The notes under the pieces: generated by a model | Told to the model about the DNA's origin: nothing | Seen by the model: only the letters and a program-made list of their open reading frames with translations | Database searches by the model: none | Position numbers and translations under genes: made by a program | Source of the DNA: Octopus sinensis | Lineage: Eukaryota | Length of the DNA: 64,000 nucleotides | Direction: 5' to 3' | Assembly: GCF_006345805.1 (NCBI RefSeq) | Contig: NC_042997.1 | Location: forward strand, 119,660,001-119,724,000 | Part shown: piece after piece, positions 1-14,832 of the stretch | Layout: every line of letters begins with the position of its first letter | Position numbering within the stretch: the first letter of the stretch is position 1

Positions 1-1588
1 AGATCGCTACCTCCAATGCTTCGATCGGTCATCACGCGAGACGAAGTCGAACGCGTTATTCAAGGCCTCGATGTCAACAAGGGTCACAGCCCTGACGGCG
101 TACACCCACGGGTTATCAAAGCGTTGGCTCCGGTCATCTGCGAGCCCTTAACACATCTATTCAATATGTTATTGGCGACGGGTGTTATACCTGCGGACTG
201 GAGAACAGCGATAATCTGCCCAATTTTCAAGAAAGGGAGCCGCGAAGACCCGCTTAACTACCAACCGGTTTCCCTTACATCAATAATCAGCAAGATGTTC
301 GAAACCATGTTTAAGAAAAGTATGATGCTCCACCTCCAAAACACAGCCTCTATCTCTGATTCCCAACACGGCTTCGTGCCGAAGAGATCATGCTTGACTA
401 ACTTACTGGTAATGGAAGAATTAGTGACGCGCATCCTCGATAATAGTGATGCTGTTGACCTATGTTTTTATGGACTTTGCCAAAGCTTTTGACTCGGTAA
501 ACCACCGCCTATTACTTGACAAGCTTCAAGCATATAGTTTCCATCCGGATATTGTACGATGGGTTGGTGCCTTCCTCTCAGATCGCTCCTTCCAAGTCCA
601 AGTTAATGGTTCGCGGCCCGACGTCTCCAGTGCGAGTAGTGGCCTGCCTCAAGGTTCAGTGCTTGGGCCCTTATTGTTCTTAGTCTTCATAAATGACTTG
701 CCCGACGACCTCACGCAACACACCCTTCTATTTGCCGACGATGTCAAACTGGTCGCTCCTCGCGGTGATATAGAGGATCTTCGTCGATGCCTCCACCAAA
801 TTTGGAGATGGTCTAACGAATGGGACCTGTGTCTGAACGTGTCAAAGTGCTGTCATCTGCCTGTTGGCTCTCCTCCTGCAACTCAACTTGATTTCGAGCC
901 GGGTCGTCTGCTACAGGAGAGGACCGATCAGGTAAAGGACCTGGTATCTTGGTGGATTCCTCCTTTTCGCCTTCGGCCCGGTGCGTCCATACTGCCAACA
1001 AAACACGCGGAGTTCTGTTCTTGATTCGACGGTCATTCGGAATGCTCACAGCAGCCATATTCCTACTGCTCTATGTCACGCTGGTGAGACCCATATTGGA
1101 GTACGGGATTCAAGCCTCTTCTCCTTATCTCCTCAAAGACATACAGCATCTCGAAAGAGTCCAGAAGCTGGCTACCCGCATGGTTCTTGATCTGAAGAAT
1201 TTGTCGTATGAAGAAAGGCTGAAGACGCTCGACCTTTATTCTCTAGAAAAACGACGACGCCGTGGTGATCTCATTCTTGCTCACAACATCATAAGCGGAA
1301 AGTGTAACATCTTGAAGGAGCTGTTCTTCACTCCTGCTCCAGAGCGTCGGCTGCAGGGTCATTCCGAAAAGCTCTATATGCTACGATTTCATCTCAATCG
1401 AAGGAGAGGGGCTTTCTCCGTCTGGGTTGCGGATCCGTGGAATAAGCTGCTGGCCGAGATGGTGAAGATGCCGACGACCGCTCGGTTCAAAGTCTCCCTT
1501 GACCACAAGTGGCCTGAACTCTTTACATGAACACCACCCTGTACATAAATCAATGTCCCCCTACATGGCCTTGCTTTTTTGCTTTTTG
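1..1588 (+). mobile_element. CR1-like non-LTR retrotransposon, 3' part (RT domain to 3' end), frameshifted
   Basis: ORFs 16-492, 446-1024 and 949-1530 join by frameshifts into an RT: SPDGVHPRVIK, QHGF, DFAKAFDSVNH, SGLPQGSVLGPLLFLVFINDL, LFADDVKL, then HLERVQKLATRMV..SYEERLKTLDLYSLEKRRRRGDLI, typical of the CR1 group. Ends in a (TAAC)n-like tail at ~1577-1588. Confidence 0.9.
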
Positions 1589-1589
1589 A

Positions 1590-1630
1590 GCTAAAAATAA
1601 CTAACTAACACATATATATATATATATATA

Positions 1631-1665
<35 letters not shown>

Positions 1666-1813
1666 TGTATGTATATATATATAGATACATATATATATTT
1701 ATACATATACATTTATGTGAAAATATTTATATTTTTATATACATAGATATTTATATACATTTATATGAAAATATATCTATATCAATATCTATCTTTCTAT
1801 CTATCTATCTATC

Positions 1814-1893
<80 letters not shown>

Positions 1894-1910
1894 TATATAT
1901 ATACAAGCAC
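1590..1910. repeat. Compound microsatellite (AT)n/(AG)n/(TCTA)n
   Basis: Direct reading. Confidence 0.9.
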
Positions 1911-2779
1911 ACATGCGTAATACATACATATAACTCTTGAATATACACACATAAAATGCACTGCAATATATGTGTGCAACAGTGTTCTCTGGATGTGCAT
2001 GTGTGTGTACATTAGCAGTCAATCCGGCTCTTAGCCATTATGCAAAACTTTTAGTCACGTACATATGTGTCAATGACTCTCAAAGTAATAACCTTTGGAA
2101 ACCTTAACTGCTTAAGTAGGAATACATATGCTATATGAAGTACTGAGTGCTCTCTTCCCAAATATTTTCCTAAACAGCACCAATAGTGTGATGGAATCAT
2201 GGAATTTAACTGGAATTTTTAATATCACACGTATTTTAGTAATGCAATTAAAGAAGGATTTTGTAATATCTCTGTTTATTGATATCATGCTTCACATTCT
2301 AAGAAATATTAAAAGAAACGGATACAAGAAATATTAAAATTTTTAAATATTTCGCTCATCTCCATTAAGTTTATAAAATATTACTATACCACAAAATTAA
2401 CATAATGTAGCTAGTTATCAAAATGCAATATAATCCTGTTGAAACTTTCGCAATGACTACTGAATACATGTTAATTTTTTCTTACAAAATAGAGGTTTAA
2501 TGAAATCCTGCAGCTATTTAGTAATCATAAATATAGCTTCAAAGATAAAATTGACGTATGAAACTAAGCAACTGAAAACGGAAAACAAAAAAGAATGTAT
2601 ACATTCCGTATAGAAATTCACTGTACGCATTTCGTTAATGTCATTTTCCTGAAATATTCTTCAAAGAAAAAAAATATATATTCTCACAGGACACATACAC
2701 GTCAACGAGATGCACACACATATCTAGTAAACGCAAATACACAAGCAATGTTTGTGTTTTTATATATGTATAAACAGAC

Positions 2780-3470
<691 letters not shown>

Positions 3471-3526
3471 CCTACAGTCACACACATTTACATATGTGTG
3501 TATTCAAATATTCATCTTGTAATACA

Positions 3527-3569
<43 letters not shown>

Positions 3570-4419
3570 GTGTGATTGCTTGAATATGCATGTATAGCCT
3601 ATCTTCTAAAATCTATTTACCAAAATTATGTTCCCAGGTTGTATTTGATTTGACAGCTGTTATTCATTTTCCATAGAATTATCGAGACACATATAATTCA
3701 TCCAAAGGACAAAATATAACTTTAAAACATTTGACATGAAAATGCATAAATAATGAATACAATATAATGATTCTACACTACGTTTCCAGTATATAAATAT
3801 TTATGTATATTTATTAACTTCTCCCTTTTTCAACGGTGTGCATCACTCCTGTCAAAAACATTCAATATTATTATGAAATGGATCATAAATATGTATGGCC
3901 TTCATGTTCCGTGTTTTAATTTTGGTGAATAGTCGTGCACAGATGCATCTGTCTTACAAAGTACATTTCAATGCCATCATTTTGGTTACATATAGAGAAA
4001 CGTATGCTTTTATCCGTGGTGGATAGCTATCAAATTATAAGTGTTCCTTTACGAAATGTATGCCTTGAGATCTTCAATGAAATCAAAAGTTTATTATAAA
4101 TGACTTTCAGAAAACTCTTCTTTATAGGATTTGTAACTCCTATAAAGAAAATGTTTATGAAAGTCATGAGTAGACTCGGTCATATACTGAAATATTTAGT
4201 TACAAGTTTACACTGTAAAACCATATGTTATCAAATCCAACTCCCATTAAATGATCCGATGAGGATTGAGTATTTACCAGATAAATTTTGAAGAACTAGC
4301 CCATGCCTCAATATCTCCAACCTGTGAATTAAGCAGGACATAAATTTTCGAAAAATTAGATGTTTCTACAGAGGTAGTGCAGTGAGAGCACGTGATAAGA
4401 TTAAAAGTAATGAATAATA

Positions 4420-5982
4420 ATAATGGGGTTCAGGGCTTTTGGCTTAAAATCCTGACAGGTCTGTACAGGAGAATTGCGGGACAGATGGATGAAACATTGA
4501 GTAGTGACATCCAAGTACCAGCCAGGATGACAAAAGGAAGAACGGTACTATGCCAGAAGGACCCAAGTAAAGGGAATGCGGTTGGAAATTTCTGACCAAT
4601 ATCTTGTTTGCCACTGATGTGGAAACTGATGACGGGCATCATATCAAACAGCATCTATAAGTACCTAGATGAATCTGACCTACTACCAGTGGAAGTAAGA
4701 GCGGAGGGATGAAGGATCAATCACTTATCGATAAGAGTATCATGGCTGACTGTAAGAAGAGACGCAAAATGTTGGTGATGGCATGAGTAGAAAGCATATG
4801 ACATGGCCCCACACTCGTGGATTATTGAATACCTTAAGGTCTCCCACAATATCCTGAGGTCAAGGCAAAACTCAATGACAACGTGGCAAACTGAACTCAC
4901 AGCACGGAGATATAAGCTAGGAGAAACAAATATCAAAAGAGGAAAGTTTCAAGGGGACAGTCTGGCACCTCTCCTATTTGTTGTCTGTATACTGCCACTA
5001 ACGGGCGTTTTAAGAAAGATGCGTGTGGAGTACATGCTAGTCAGGTTGACAGTAAACAACCTGTGGCTTAAAGATGACCTAAAGTTATTCGCCAATACTG
5101 AGAGAGAAACTGTGCAAATGATTAGCAAACATATTACCATGGAATTTAGGATCGAGAAATGTGGTGTAATGATTCTGAAAGGGGTGGGGCGTAAAAGCCA
5201 TGTGATCAAGTTGGTAAGTGGTGAAACTATAGATGACGTCGGAGAGGAAGGATATAAGTACACGGGTATCATTGAAAGAGATAAGATGATTGAACACAAG
5301 ATGAAAGAAATGTACGGGAAGGAGTAATTAAGAAATCGGCTCGTGTTTCAATCGAGGCTAATTGGCCGCTATAAGATTAGAGCGATTAACACGTGGGCAG
5401 TTCCTTTGATGTGATATGGGGCAGGAATAGTAACTTGGAAGAAGCATGAGTTACAAGAGACAGACCGAGGAACACGTAAGTTAATGAACTACACCCCAAG
5501 AGTGATGCGTCAAGAAGGAGGACGGGGATTGGCGGGCGTGTTGTGAAGGTTGTGAAAGGGAAGAAAATAGCCTGGTTTGGTATGTCAAGGTGGGTAAAAA
5601 AGAAATGATTGAAGCAGTGAAAATGCAAGAAACCTTAAAAGTGAACGAAGCTGTAAATCCAGCACAATTAATGAAGACCAGATAGAAAGCAGATGATGAA
5701 AATTTTGCCGGACAAGAAAATGCACAATCAGGTAATGGCTGCAGAAAGAAGACTTAAAAGGGCACTGATGCATTAGTTTGCAGCACCTGAGAGCAAGTTC
5801 TCGAACAAACTACGCCACATATTACATTAATAAAAGTACTAACTCACCACAGTGTAGGATGTGCTCTCAGAAGGGCGAAAGCACTACATGAAACCTTTGG
5901 TGATTTGTTATTGCCTGCTTTCAAGTAAAGAATAAACGGCAATTAAGAACTAGCTGAGTATTCCTCATTAATAACAACAACA

Positions 5983-5985
<3 letters not shown>
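4420..5985 (+). mobile_element. R4/Dong-like non-LTR retrotransposon fragment (RT plus zinc knuckle), pseudogenised
   Basis: GVQGFWLK; [30 protein letters not shown]; KAYDMAPHSWI; FQGDSLAPLLFV; KDDLKLF; FRIEKC; CRMCSQKGES at ~5853-5882; followed by a (TAA)n(GAA)n tract at 5985-6060. Multiple stops and frameshifts. Confidence 0.8.
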
Positions 5986-6044
<59 letters not shown>

Positions 6045-6060
6045 AAATGATGATGATGAA

Positions 6061-6176
6061 GAATAGCAAAAGAGGCTGATTGCTACCTAGCTCAGATACC
6101 AGGAAACCGCAAAATGGTAGAAATTGAGAAGATAGTGGTCATGGGAACAGCCCATATCCTACGTAAAGTGCTATAA
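6061..6176 (+). mobile_element. C-terminal fragment of an R4/Dong-like ORF
   Basis: Translates AQIPGNRKMVEIEKIVVMGTAHILRKVL*, resembling the LGTAxILRKVL end of R4-clade ORFs. Confidence 0.65.
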
Positions 6177-7299
6177 AGTATTATGGATAAATATATATAT
6201 ATATATATATATTCACATATATATACATATATATACACGTAAATACGCATGATTATGTATATATATATATATGTATGTATATGTATATATATATTTATAT
6301 ATGTATGTATACGCACATACACCTATATATGCATATATATATGTATGTATGGTGTATATATATATTATATATATATAGGCATTGTGGATATGCATTCATT
6401 TTATATATACATATATGCATATATGTTTGTATGTACATACTTTTATATAAGTATGTGCATATATATGTATGTAAAAGCGCAAGCTTATGTTTGCATAAAT
6501 ATGTGTAACACATTCACATATAGATATGTATGGGTGAAATATATTCATATAAAAATGGGCTTGTATAAGAATTTTATTTCGTAAATTTAATATAAGCTCT
6601 GTTCAAACTTAGTTTAAATTAGATATAACCAACAGTTATTTTGGTGACTAAAACAATCTTAGATATAACAAATGAAGTTGTTTTAAGCAATACGCTAACT
6701 TACTTTTCTCACAGTAAATATGTACATAGCAGTGATACGCTCAGATCAAAAGACGTTATTTTTGAAGGGCATACACATTATTTAATCTCATAAATAATAC
6801 AGGAGTACCCTACTTCTTTTCATATTGAAATTGGTCTTCTCATATGAATATCTTAAGCAGTGGTATGTAAACTTATTTGAGATTTCATTTTATATAACTT
6901 AAGATATCGATTGCTTTTACGTTTATTCAATATGTATAATATATTCGAATATTTACCTTAGAAATATGCAGACAAGAAAGAGAAGAAAACATAATATTAT
7001 GATTAAATCTTTGGTAACATTTTTGTTTGTTATCTTCAGCACAAATTATGTAGCATAGATATATTCCTGTATACCTCTCACATATAAATATCCGAATTAT
7101 TTAATTTACAGGCGCATTAATTACATTACAGTTATTCAATCATCCTTTGTACAGGATGGCAGTATTTGCAGGATATTGGATGCCAAGATTATATTAACAT
7201 TGTTATATTGGGTTTGTTACGAGACGATACTTTTTTCCTGAATCCATGTTGCAAAGTTAATATTTCAGCAAAATTTAGAATGTATACGGATTCGATTTT

Positions 7300-8950
7300 G
7301 AATTAGGTTTCTCATCTCGTGTCTCCGATAATTACATTTTGCCAAAATGGATAAGGAGAGGACCAACATATACAAGTGAAAATTTCCAAGTTATCGAAAA
7401 ATATAAAGCCAATGAAAAGGAAGACACGTTAGAAACGAAACGAAGTTTAAACGATTCATGTGATCAAACGGCCTTCCGAAGAAGACATACAGAATATTCG
7501 GTTTGGTGTTTCTTCTGTGAGAGAAAAAATTACAGGGCATTGATAAAAATTATAGTGATTGAGAATAAAACCATGTATATTGGTCCGAAAAACATTCTCT
7601 AAAATAAGATTCTTAATAAAAAAAGACAAAAAAACATTAAGTAATGCATTCAATTTGGAAGGTTCTAGGTTTGAGAAATCACTTTCATCATTTCGAAGGG
7701 CTTATCTTTTCTCACGCTACAACAATGTTCAATGAACTGGTGTGCAGAAGAGAGTTAAGCACTAAATAGTTACTAGTTTGTAGAACAATAATCATTCCTC
7801 CTATAAAAAGCATTTGATATGTGCAGATATGTAGGACTATAATTTGATTGCAGAACATTTCCAAAAAGCTTAAATGTTATGCATTAATATAGGAAAATAG
7901 GTTGGTTGCCGACGTATAATATAAACGAAAAAAGAGTACCAAAAAGAAGTGTATGGCTATGGCGAGCAGCCAATGGTAGCAAAGGAAATTACTGGGAATA
8001 AATGAACGTGAAAAAATCAATCATTACCATTGAATGCCGACAAGCCGTTTATGGTTTGCCAAACTCATAACTGCAAAATATACATAAGGAAGCATCAGTA
8101 ACAGTAAGGTTCATTGAGAATACTCTATGACGAAGTACCTTTAAATTTGAGGCGGTACCTACAGAAAATTAAAACCGACCTATATTTATTCATAACCCGA
8201 GAAGGATGAGAATATCTCTAGCCCTATAATTGTGTTCCTATCTCTGATCCACAATAATGAAACTTTTGGACAAAGTAAAATTTTGTAATAAATATTTCCG
8301 TTAAATTATACATTATCTTCTAACAGGTTTGACCTTAAAATTATTTACAGGGAACACTATTATCTCTTGACTTTCGTCTATAATCTATTCATGAATACTA
8401 TCAAGATATAAACGAATAATTATGGTTTACGACAATTGTACCAATATTCTTATAGAAAATTACAACATTTATTAAAGTTGGTTGTATTAACTTCAGCCAG
8501 TAAAGATAAAGACGTAAGATCAAACCACTTATACATCTCGGTAGGATTGGATCAAACGAATAAAATTCCAAGAAAACCCTAATGAAGAACTTTAGAAATA
8601 CTCAGAGTGTGATAGAAAATTAGACAGCACTGTTTAACAGTATACTGTGAATATACTAAAATGATAACGAGCTTGACATCCAAGATATAACTAATAGCTT
8701 CAAGATACTAAAAGGAAATTTCATTATGGTTGAAAAGCTTAAGCAGTAAAAAGGGGAAAAACTAGTAAGGCGTTCTCAATCCATAGCACAAACACTGATA
8801 TTGATTAAACCTTATCCTAAACAGAAAATGCCAATCATGACACAAATAGTTATGTACAACACAGTGACATTGGAATAATGTTTAGAAGAGTATACACTAC
8901 CAGCTGAGTACTGTGATAATCTACGAGGAGTAAAATGAAATATTGCATAT
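7300..8950 (+). pseudogene. Very old degenerate non-LTR retrotransposon remnant
   Basis: Scattered motifs only (KKAFDM at ~7803-7820; KEISLWLK-like at ~8713); no continuous frame. Confidence 0.25.
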
Positions 8951-9628
8951 ATAATAAAATTATACTGCATTAAAAAACATGTTAACTAAACTCAAGAATA
9001 AGATTTTCAAATATTTTCAATTTTTTTTTAAGCACCACCAACTGACACTATGTTTAACTTTTATGGATTACACTCTGTTGCGGGTAATCCATGAGATACT
9101 GCAGAACTTGACGGAGGGTAGACAAGACTGACTGAAACCGAAAATGGCCTTAGTTCATCGGGGTTCAAAGTAGAAATGTATCTGATATTTTATGCTATCA
9201 ATAGAATTCCACACATGACTGTATAAATAACATATAGGAACAAAAAGTGTCACGTCAAGCGAAGAAAATGTAGCTATTAGAAATAGGCCGTTAGAAAAGA
9301 AAGTATTGTTTACTCTGTTATCGCTCTCCGAAAAATCCCTAGAAACATTAGCTTGGTGACAAATATAACTAAGAAATATGCCATGTTTCAGTGGAGATTT
9401 GAGCGCAAAGCTTTATGTGCTTGTACCATATGCGGTACGTGAAAAATACAGTGTCATAAATATATGGCATACTCGTTACGGCTATCGACTATACAAATTG
9501 ACTTACTGTAAGTTGTAAAGATCACGAACGAAAATGTTTGTACTGTAATTAAAAATATCGAACAAAATATTTGTCCACATATATAAAGTTACACATTTGC
9601 ATACAGACCTACGTGCACGTTCCACTTC

Positions 9629-9664
<36 letters not shown>

Positions 9665-9799
9665 AAAATACAAAATATATACATGTATAAAATATTTTAA
9701 CAAATTATCTATGTATATATATATATATATATATATACATACACACACACACATATATATATATGTACACACACGCACACACGCACATACACACACACG

Positions 9800-9833
<34 letters not shown>

Positions 9834-10659
9834 CACGATTACTCCTATACACATATACACATATATGTACCTAATTTTAAGATTTCTACTAAAATCATTT
9901 TTATTGGCTTGAAGGGTGATAAAATCATGCGTTGCTGTAGGTATTGTACTCTTTGCCTATCGTTAAGTTTGGAAGCGATTCTTCTTACTTCAATGTTAGC
10001 CTCTCTATGTAAATTGTTTCTTGTTTTCCTTTTGTAGATATCTTTGCTGTTGCGTGTTAAGAGTCTGTTACGAACGTCTTATCGACTGTGTATAAATCCT
10101 TTATTGTATCTCAGTTCACAAAAATATCGTCTGTTTTTAATAATAATTTTACCTTTCATAGTTTTTTCGATTGAATTGTTACGACGACGACGGCGAGGAT
10201 GGTGATGATGGTGATGATGATGATGATGATGATGACGATGCCGTCGACAATGATGATGACGATGATGATGATGATGGTGATGATGACGATGATGATGATA
10301 ATATGTTCTGATATGCGTTATCTATGAAATATCTGGGGTGCTAGGCGCCGACTGAATTAGTAACGATGAGAAATTGAATGTTGAAACAATGATGATTATA
10401 TTTGAACATAAATCAAATATGAGTCCATAATATTAAGCACTACACAAAATATGAAAAAAAAATTGAAACAAAAAAAAACGATAAATAATAAATAAATGAA
10501 AACTGAAACCACTGCAAACATAATCCAGAAAGCAATGACATGTTTGAAATCCCAAATAAATGCTGCTCAGCTTGAATTTTCTAATCAGAGAATAGTAATA
10601 AACTACACTAAAATGACAGGCTTTTGTAAATCTTGTTAGCTGAAAAGGTTTATTAATAT

Positions 10660-12085
10660 ACTAGCAGAGCTACCCGGCGTTGCCCGGTAACATTCAAGTG
10701 AAGAATTAGTCTTTTCTGTTATATTTTCTGTAATGAACTGGAATATCTATGTTTCGAATTTCATCAAAATTGCAGATGAGGGTTATTTCCCTCTTTACAC
10801 ACCCTAAATGATTTGTAATCGTGCCACATGTATACCATACTACTGATTTTTATGAGCATATTCCAAAATACCAGTGTTATTGAACCTGTTAAAAAGATTT
10901 TGTTCCTAAAAAAGTGAAGGTCATGGAGCTCTAAAATGTGAGAGTTAAGGCCCCTGTTGGGGGTGGGCATCTTAATGTCAACCAGAGAAGTTGAATTGTT
11001 AAAAATCCTTTCAACTTGGGTCTTATATCTATTGTTTGAATTTCTTTGAAATAGGAAATATATCTTCACTGGGTTTGTAAAAGAGAGCAAAGCTACAGGA
11101 AACCAAAAGACGAATGATCACAATAAGCAGCCAGTTACCCTACCCTAGTCGTTACTTGAAGTACAGGTTCAAGAACTATGCTATATATCTATATGTGTGT
11201 GTGTGTGTTTATACATATATGTATATATATATGTATACACACACACACACATACACGCACACAAAGATAAATTCATAGATACAACTGAGTAGGCAAAAAT
11301 TATGAGACACTTGGTAGTGCTTTTTAATATTTTGATAAGCCTGGTACTTACTCTATCAGTTTCTTCTTGTGAAACCAGTAAGTTATGGGGATATAAATAA
11401 ACGAACACCAGTTGTGAAGCAGTGATGAGGGAGAAACACGAAGACACACACATATACTTACATATATACATATATATATACATACATATATATACAATGA
11501 ATGTCTTGCAGTTTCTGTCTACAAAATCCACTGACTAGACTTTGGTTGGTCTGAGGCTATAGCAAAAGACATGCCAGGTTACCACACAGTGGGACTGTAC
11601 GGACGACCATGTGTTTTGGAACCAAGTTTGTTACCACACAGCCTTACCTGCACTTATGTATATGTGAGTGTGAGTGTGTGTATGTGTGTATGTGCGTATG
11701 GGTGTATATATGTATTCATATATATATGTGTACATATTACATGTACATCTATATATATATACATCTAGACATGCATGCATACTCATACATGTATATCTAT
11801 AGAAATACATCTATACGTATACAGCTATACATATTCATGTATGCATATACAGCTATATATATACATCCATATACTTACAATAGAGAGATGTTTTTGTTAC
11901 ACTTTTAACACGTAATACTGAAATAGAGGAGATGTGATATTGCTGTGGGCCATGACACTACATGGACCCAAAGTAAGGCATGTGTAAAATTTGAATGAAA
12001 TTGGTTGTGTAGTTCTCAAGTTTTAGGGAAACACACAGACATACATACAGACAGACAGACACACATTCTCAGTTTTGTATGTATA
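10660..12085 (+). mobile_element. Possible Helentron/DINE-1-like non-autonomous element (5' motif at 10660, 3' end ~12085) with internal unique DNA and a SINE
   Basis: 5' ACTAGCAGAGCTACCCGGCGTTGCCCGG matches the start of the element at 12588; 3' end CACACAGAC..ACATTCTCAGTTTT matches 21765-21800. That both ends belong to one element is inference. Confidence 0.4.
11330..11652 (-). mobile_element. tRNA-headed SINE (family A), degenerate
   Basis: Reverse complement resembles the SINEs at 31430 and 63201 (GGCTGTGTGGTAA head, GGATTTTGTAGACAGAAACTG body). Confidence 0.7.
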
Positions 12086-12587
12086 TATATATATATATAC
12101 ATATATGCATACACACACATACATATATATTTGGAATTTACAAAAGAAACGAACAAAAGACGAAGACAGGTGTGTAAACGGCCAGCAGGTTTATTAGTTT
12201 AACGCTCCGGACTTATAAAAATTTATATAAGGAGTACTACTCATTTTAAAAATAGATATAGAGGACACAATAATTCATTTATTCACCCCTATATAAAAAA
12301 TTCCACGATATTAGCATCATACATTAACCACCAAATACATTCTAACATTGAGTATAATTAACGATGATCGATAATTACTGAATCAACAACATAGAACACA
12401 TATACTAAATCGTATAGGCTTTGCATCAAGGACTCGAGTAGCATACTATACGCTAGTAATAGAAATAAAGACATTCTCTTTATTAGGCACTCAGGCCACT
12501 AACACAGAGGGGACACTACAAGGACAGACACAACACCACAGTGGGGACAAAAAACACAAAACGAATGAGTATGAATATTATATAATA

Positions 12588-12963
12588 ACTAGCAGTATCG
12601 CCCGGCGTTGCTCGGGTTTTTAAGGGAAATAACTATAAAGCATTTTTAGAGAGTTATAGCCAAAATATAGCAAAAAAATGATGGTAAATTTTTTTTTGAG
12701 AGTTAAAAAGGTCAAGTTGCGTCCCCTAGACAGTCTGTGGTTTGTGTTTCTGATTCTCGACCCCATGTCGAATTTATCGATTTTTTTCAGAACTGGGGGA
12801 ACTTTTCAAAATTTTAGCTGCGTTAGTTTTGAATTATGACATTGGGCTATGTGTGTGTCAAGTTTCATCAGAATCGGTTGAAAGCCGTGGTCAGGGTGAG
12901 GGTACAACCAAACAGACACACAGAAACACACACAGACAAACTGCCGTTTATATATAGAGAGAT
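12588..12963 (+). mobile_element. Helentron/DINE-1-like non-autonomous element
   Basis: Starts ACTAGCAGTATCGCCCGGCGTTGCTCGGG; internal GTCAAGTTTCATCAGAATCGGTTGAAAGCCGTGG; ends CACACAGACAAACTGCCGTTTATATATAGAGAGAT. Confidence 0.65.
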
Positions 12964-14260
12964 GAAAGACGAATGGCTGCATAGGCCCCATTCCTCATGC
13001 AGTACCATTTGAACGTTTGTATACACAGTCACTATCTATTGTTTTTTCTTTCCTTAATTATTGTTTTCTTCAAAAACTTTTTCCTTTATTTTTCCTTCTT
13101 TTTGTTAAAAACAAATTAATTTTACTTTTATTCCTCTTTAACGCCTCATGTAAGGCTCCAGTTCTAACAGGTCGATTACTGGTGGCAGCTCATTGAACTC
13201 CACCAGTGTTCCGGCTGGGTCAATTTTACTACCGCACATGTCTCTCAGTTTCTTATAGGTTTCCCTATCGACCACAAAGGTCTTCACACTCTCTAGGTAC
13301 ACGTCTTTTGGTAACTTTACCCTTATAATGTGCTTGAACTTTACGATTTTTTTCTCCACCTCCTCGTTCTTGGAATAGGTCACGAATTACCATTTGTAAC
13401 TCCTTCCTCTCGGCTTTCTCTTTTCTTCCTCCACTACCCTTCCTATTATAGATTCATCTATACTCTTCTCTGAGTCTAGGACCATCTCTTTCTCCGTCTC
13501 TACTGTAACCAGTTTCTTCGTTTCGTCCTCTTGTAATTGAATTCCTGAGTCTTCCGTCAATTTACCTATCATCTTCATATTTGTTTCCTCCTTCTCTGAC
13601 TCTTTTTCACACATCTTCTCAATTATTTTTTCCCTTTCATTTTCCGTCTCACTTTTATCATCTTTCTTTCTCGTTACCTCTTTCTTTTCCATCTCTTCTT
13701 TCTTCTGTTTCTGATTAGTCGGTAGTGGGCTTACCATACGCTCCTCCTTTTTCTTTACATTAGTGTGAATTCTTCTACCGCTGTTGTCTCATTATTCCCA
13801 CCTGTTACTGCCTATTCGACCTTTTCTGTAGCCTCTCTCTGTTCTTTTCGTGGGAATCTCGCCTTCATGTGTCCTTTTTCGCCACATTCGTAACACACAG
13901 GCAGTATTCCCTCCACCTTCATTCTTAGTCTTCTTCCTAACGTTGTTCATTAGTTCCTCTGATGGCGTCAACCTTGTCTTTCCGCCTTCCTTTTTCAGCA
14001 GCTTCTCACTAGCCTTCATCGTCCTGGGCTCTACCTTTATTTCAAAGGTCTCTAATGCTTCCTTCGCTGCTCCTCTTCCAGCTGCGGCTGCATAGCTGTG
14101 GCCGCCCTCTGGCGCCTTCTCCATTTTCCTCAACGGGAGAGTTTAACGACACAAAAATTAACGGTATAACAAACAATATTAACAACGGTTTTAACAACAG
14201 CAGTAATCAACAATAAATTCTACTCACAAATACAACTCAACTTTAATAACTCAACTTATT
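12964..14260 (-). mobile_element. gag/ORF1-like retroelement with CCHC zinc knuckle and no ORF2 (HAL1-like)
   Basis: ATG MEKAPEGGHSYAAAA at ~14124; after a frameshift CYECGEKGHMKARF (CX2CX4HX4C with last C>F) at ~13855-13895; E/K-rich linker; single in-frame stop at 13387-13389; ORF ends 13138; A-rich 3' UTR and a hairpin at 12977-13002. Confidence 0.6.
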
Positions 14261-14636
14261 ACATAAAATTACAGACATTTTAGTATGTTGTAAATATTTA
14301 GCGTCTTATAATTTTCTTAAATTTAAAATTTAACTTTTTAGAATATAAAATTTTAAAGCTTTTTGAAAATACGACCCAATTAGATCATTGGATCCAATGA
14401 ATACTTGTGCACAAACATGTAATCTTAAATTATTTTTTTGATAGTAGTATATTTCAGTACAGAATGAAACATTCCCTTTGGATATTATTTGCATAATTAA
14501 CTAAAGTTAACCTTTCAATGATTTCCATTTCTTATTTAAACGTGGTAAACCTCTTGAAAATCTGTAGAACATTATATGATGCTGTCACTTATTCATCGAC
14601 ACTCAAAAGTTGAACTTCCACCAACTGAATACTCAC

Positions 14637-14741
14637 CATGTAGTGCCTTACTGATATTTGCTGGATTTTACCTCGAGAAAGGAATCCTGAGGAAGGAGGG
14701 CTGAATTTCGAATACTTCGTACAACCACTTTTCTGAAACGT
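14637..14741 (-). other. Candidate 105-nt exon of an unidentified host transcript
   Basis: Acceptor TTTTTTTCCTAACCTGCAG| and donor ATG|GTGAGT; one frame open (TFQKSGCTKYSKFSPPSSGFLSRGKIQQISVRHYM); no recognised homology. Confidence 0.3.
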
Positions 14742-14832
14742 CTGCAGGTTAGGAAAAAAAAATTTAATCGCCTCTTTCAATTTAGGTTTTTATTTTTCAT
14801 GCTTATATTCGTATTTCATTGTTATGTTTATA

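Noticed and set aside
10190-10300. (GAT)n tract that reads as poly-Asp
   Set aside because: No flanking ORF or splice signals; simple trinucleotide repeat.
10764-11092. Minus-strand 108-aa ORF behind a strong acceptor (TTTTGGTTTCCTGTAG|)
   Set aside because: No recognisable domain and no clear donor; could be a terminal exon, but unsupported without RNA data.
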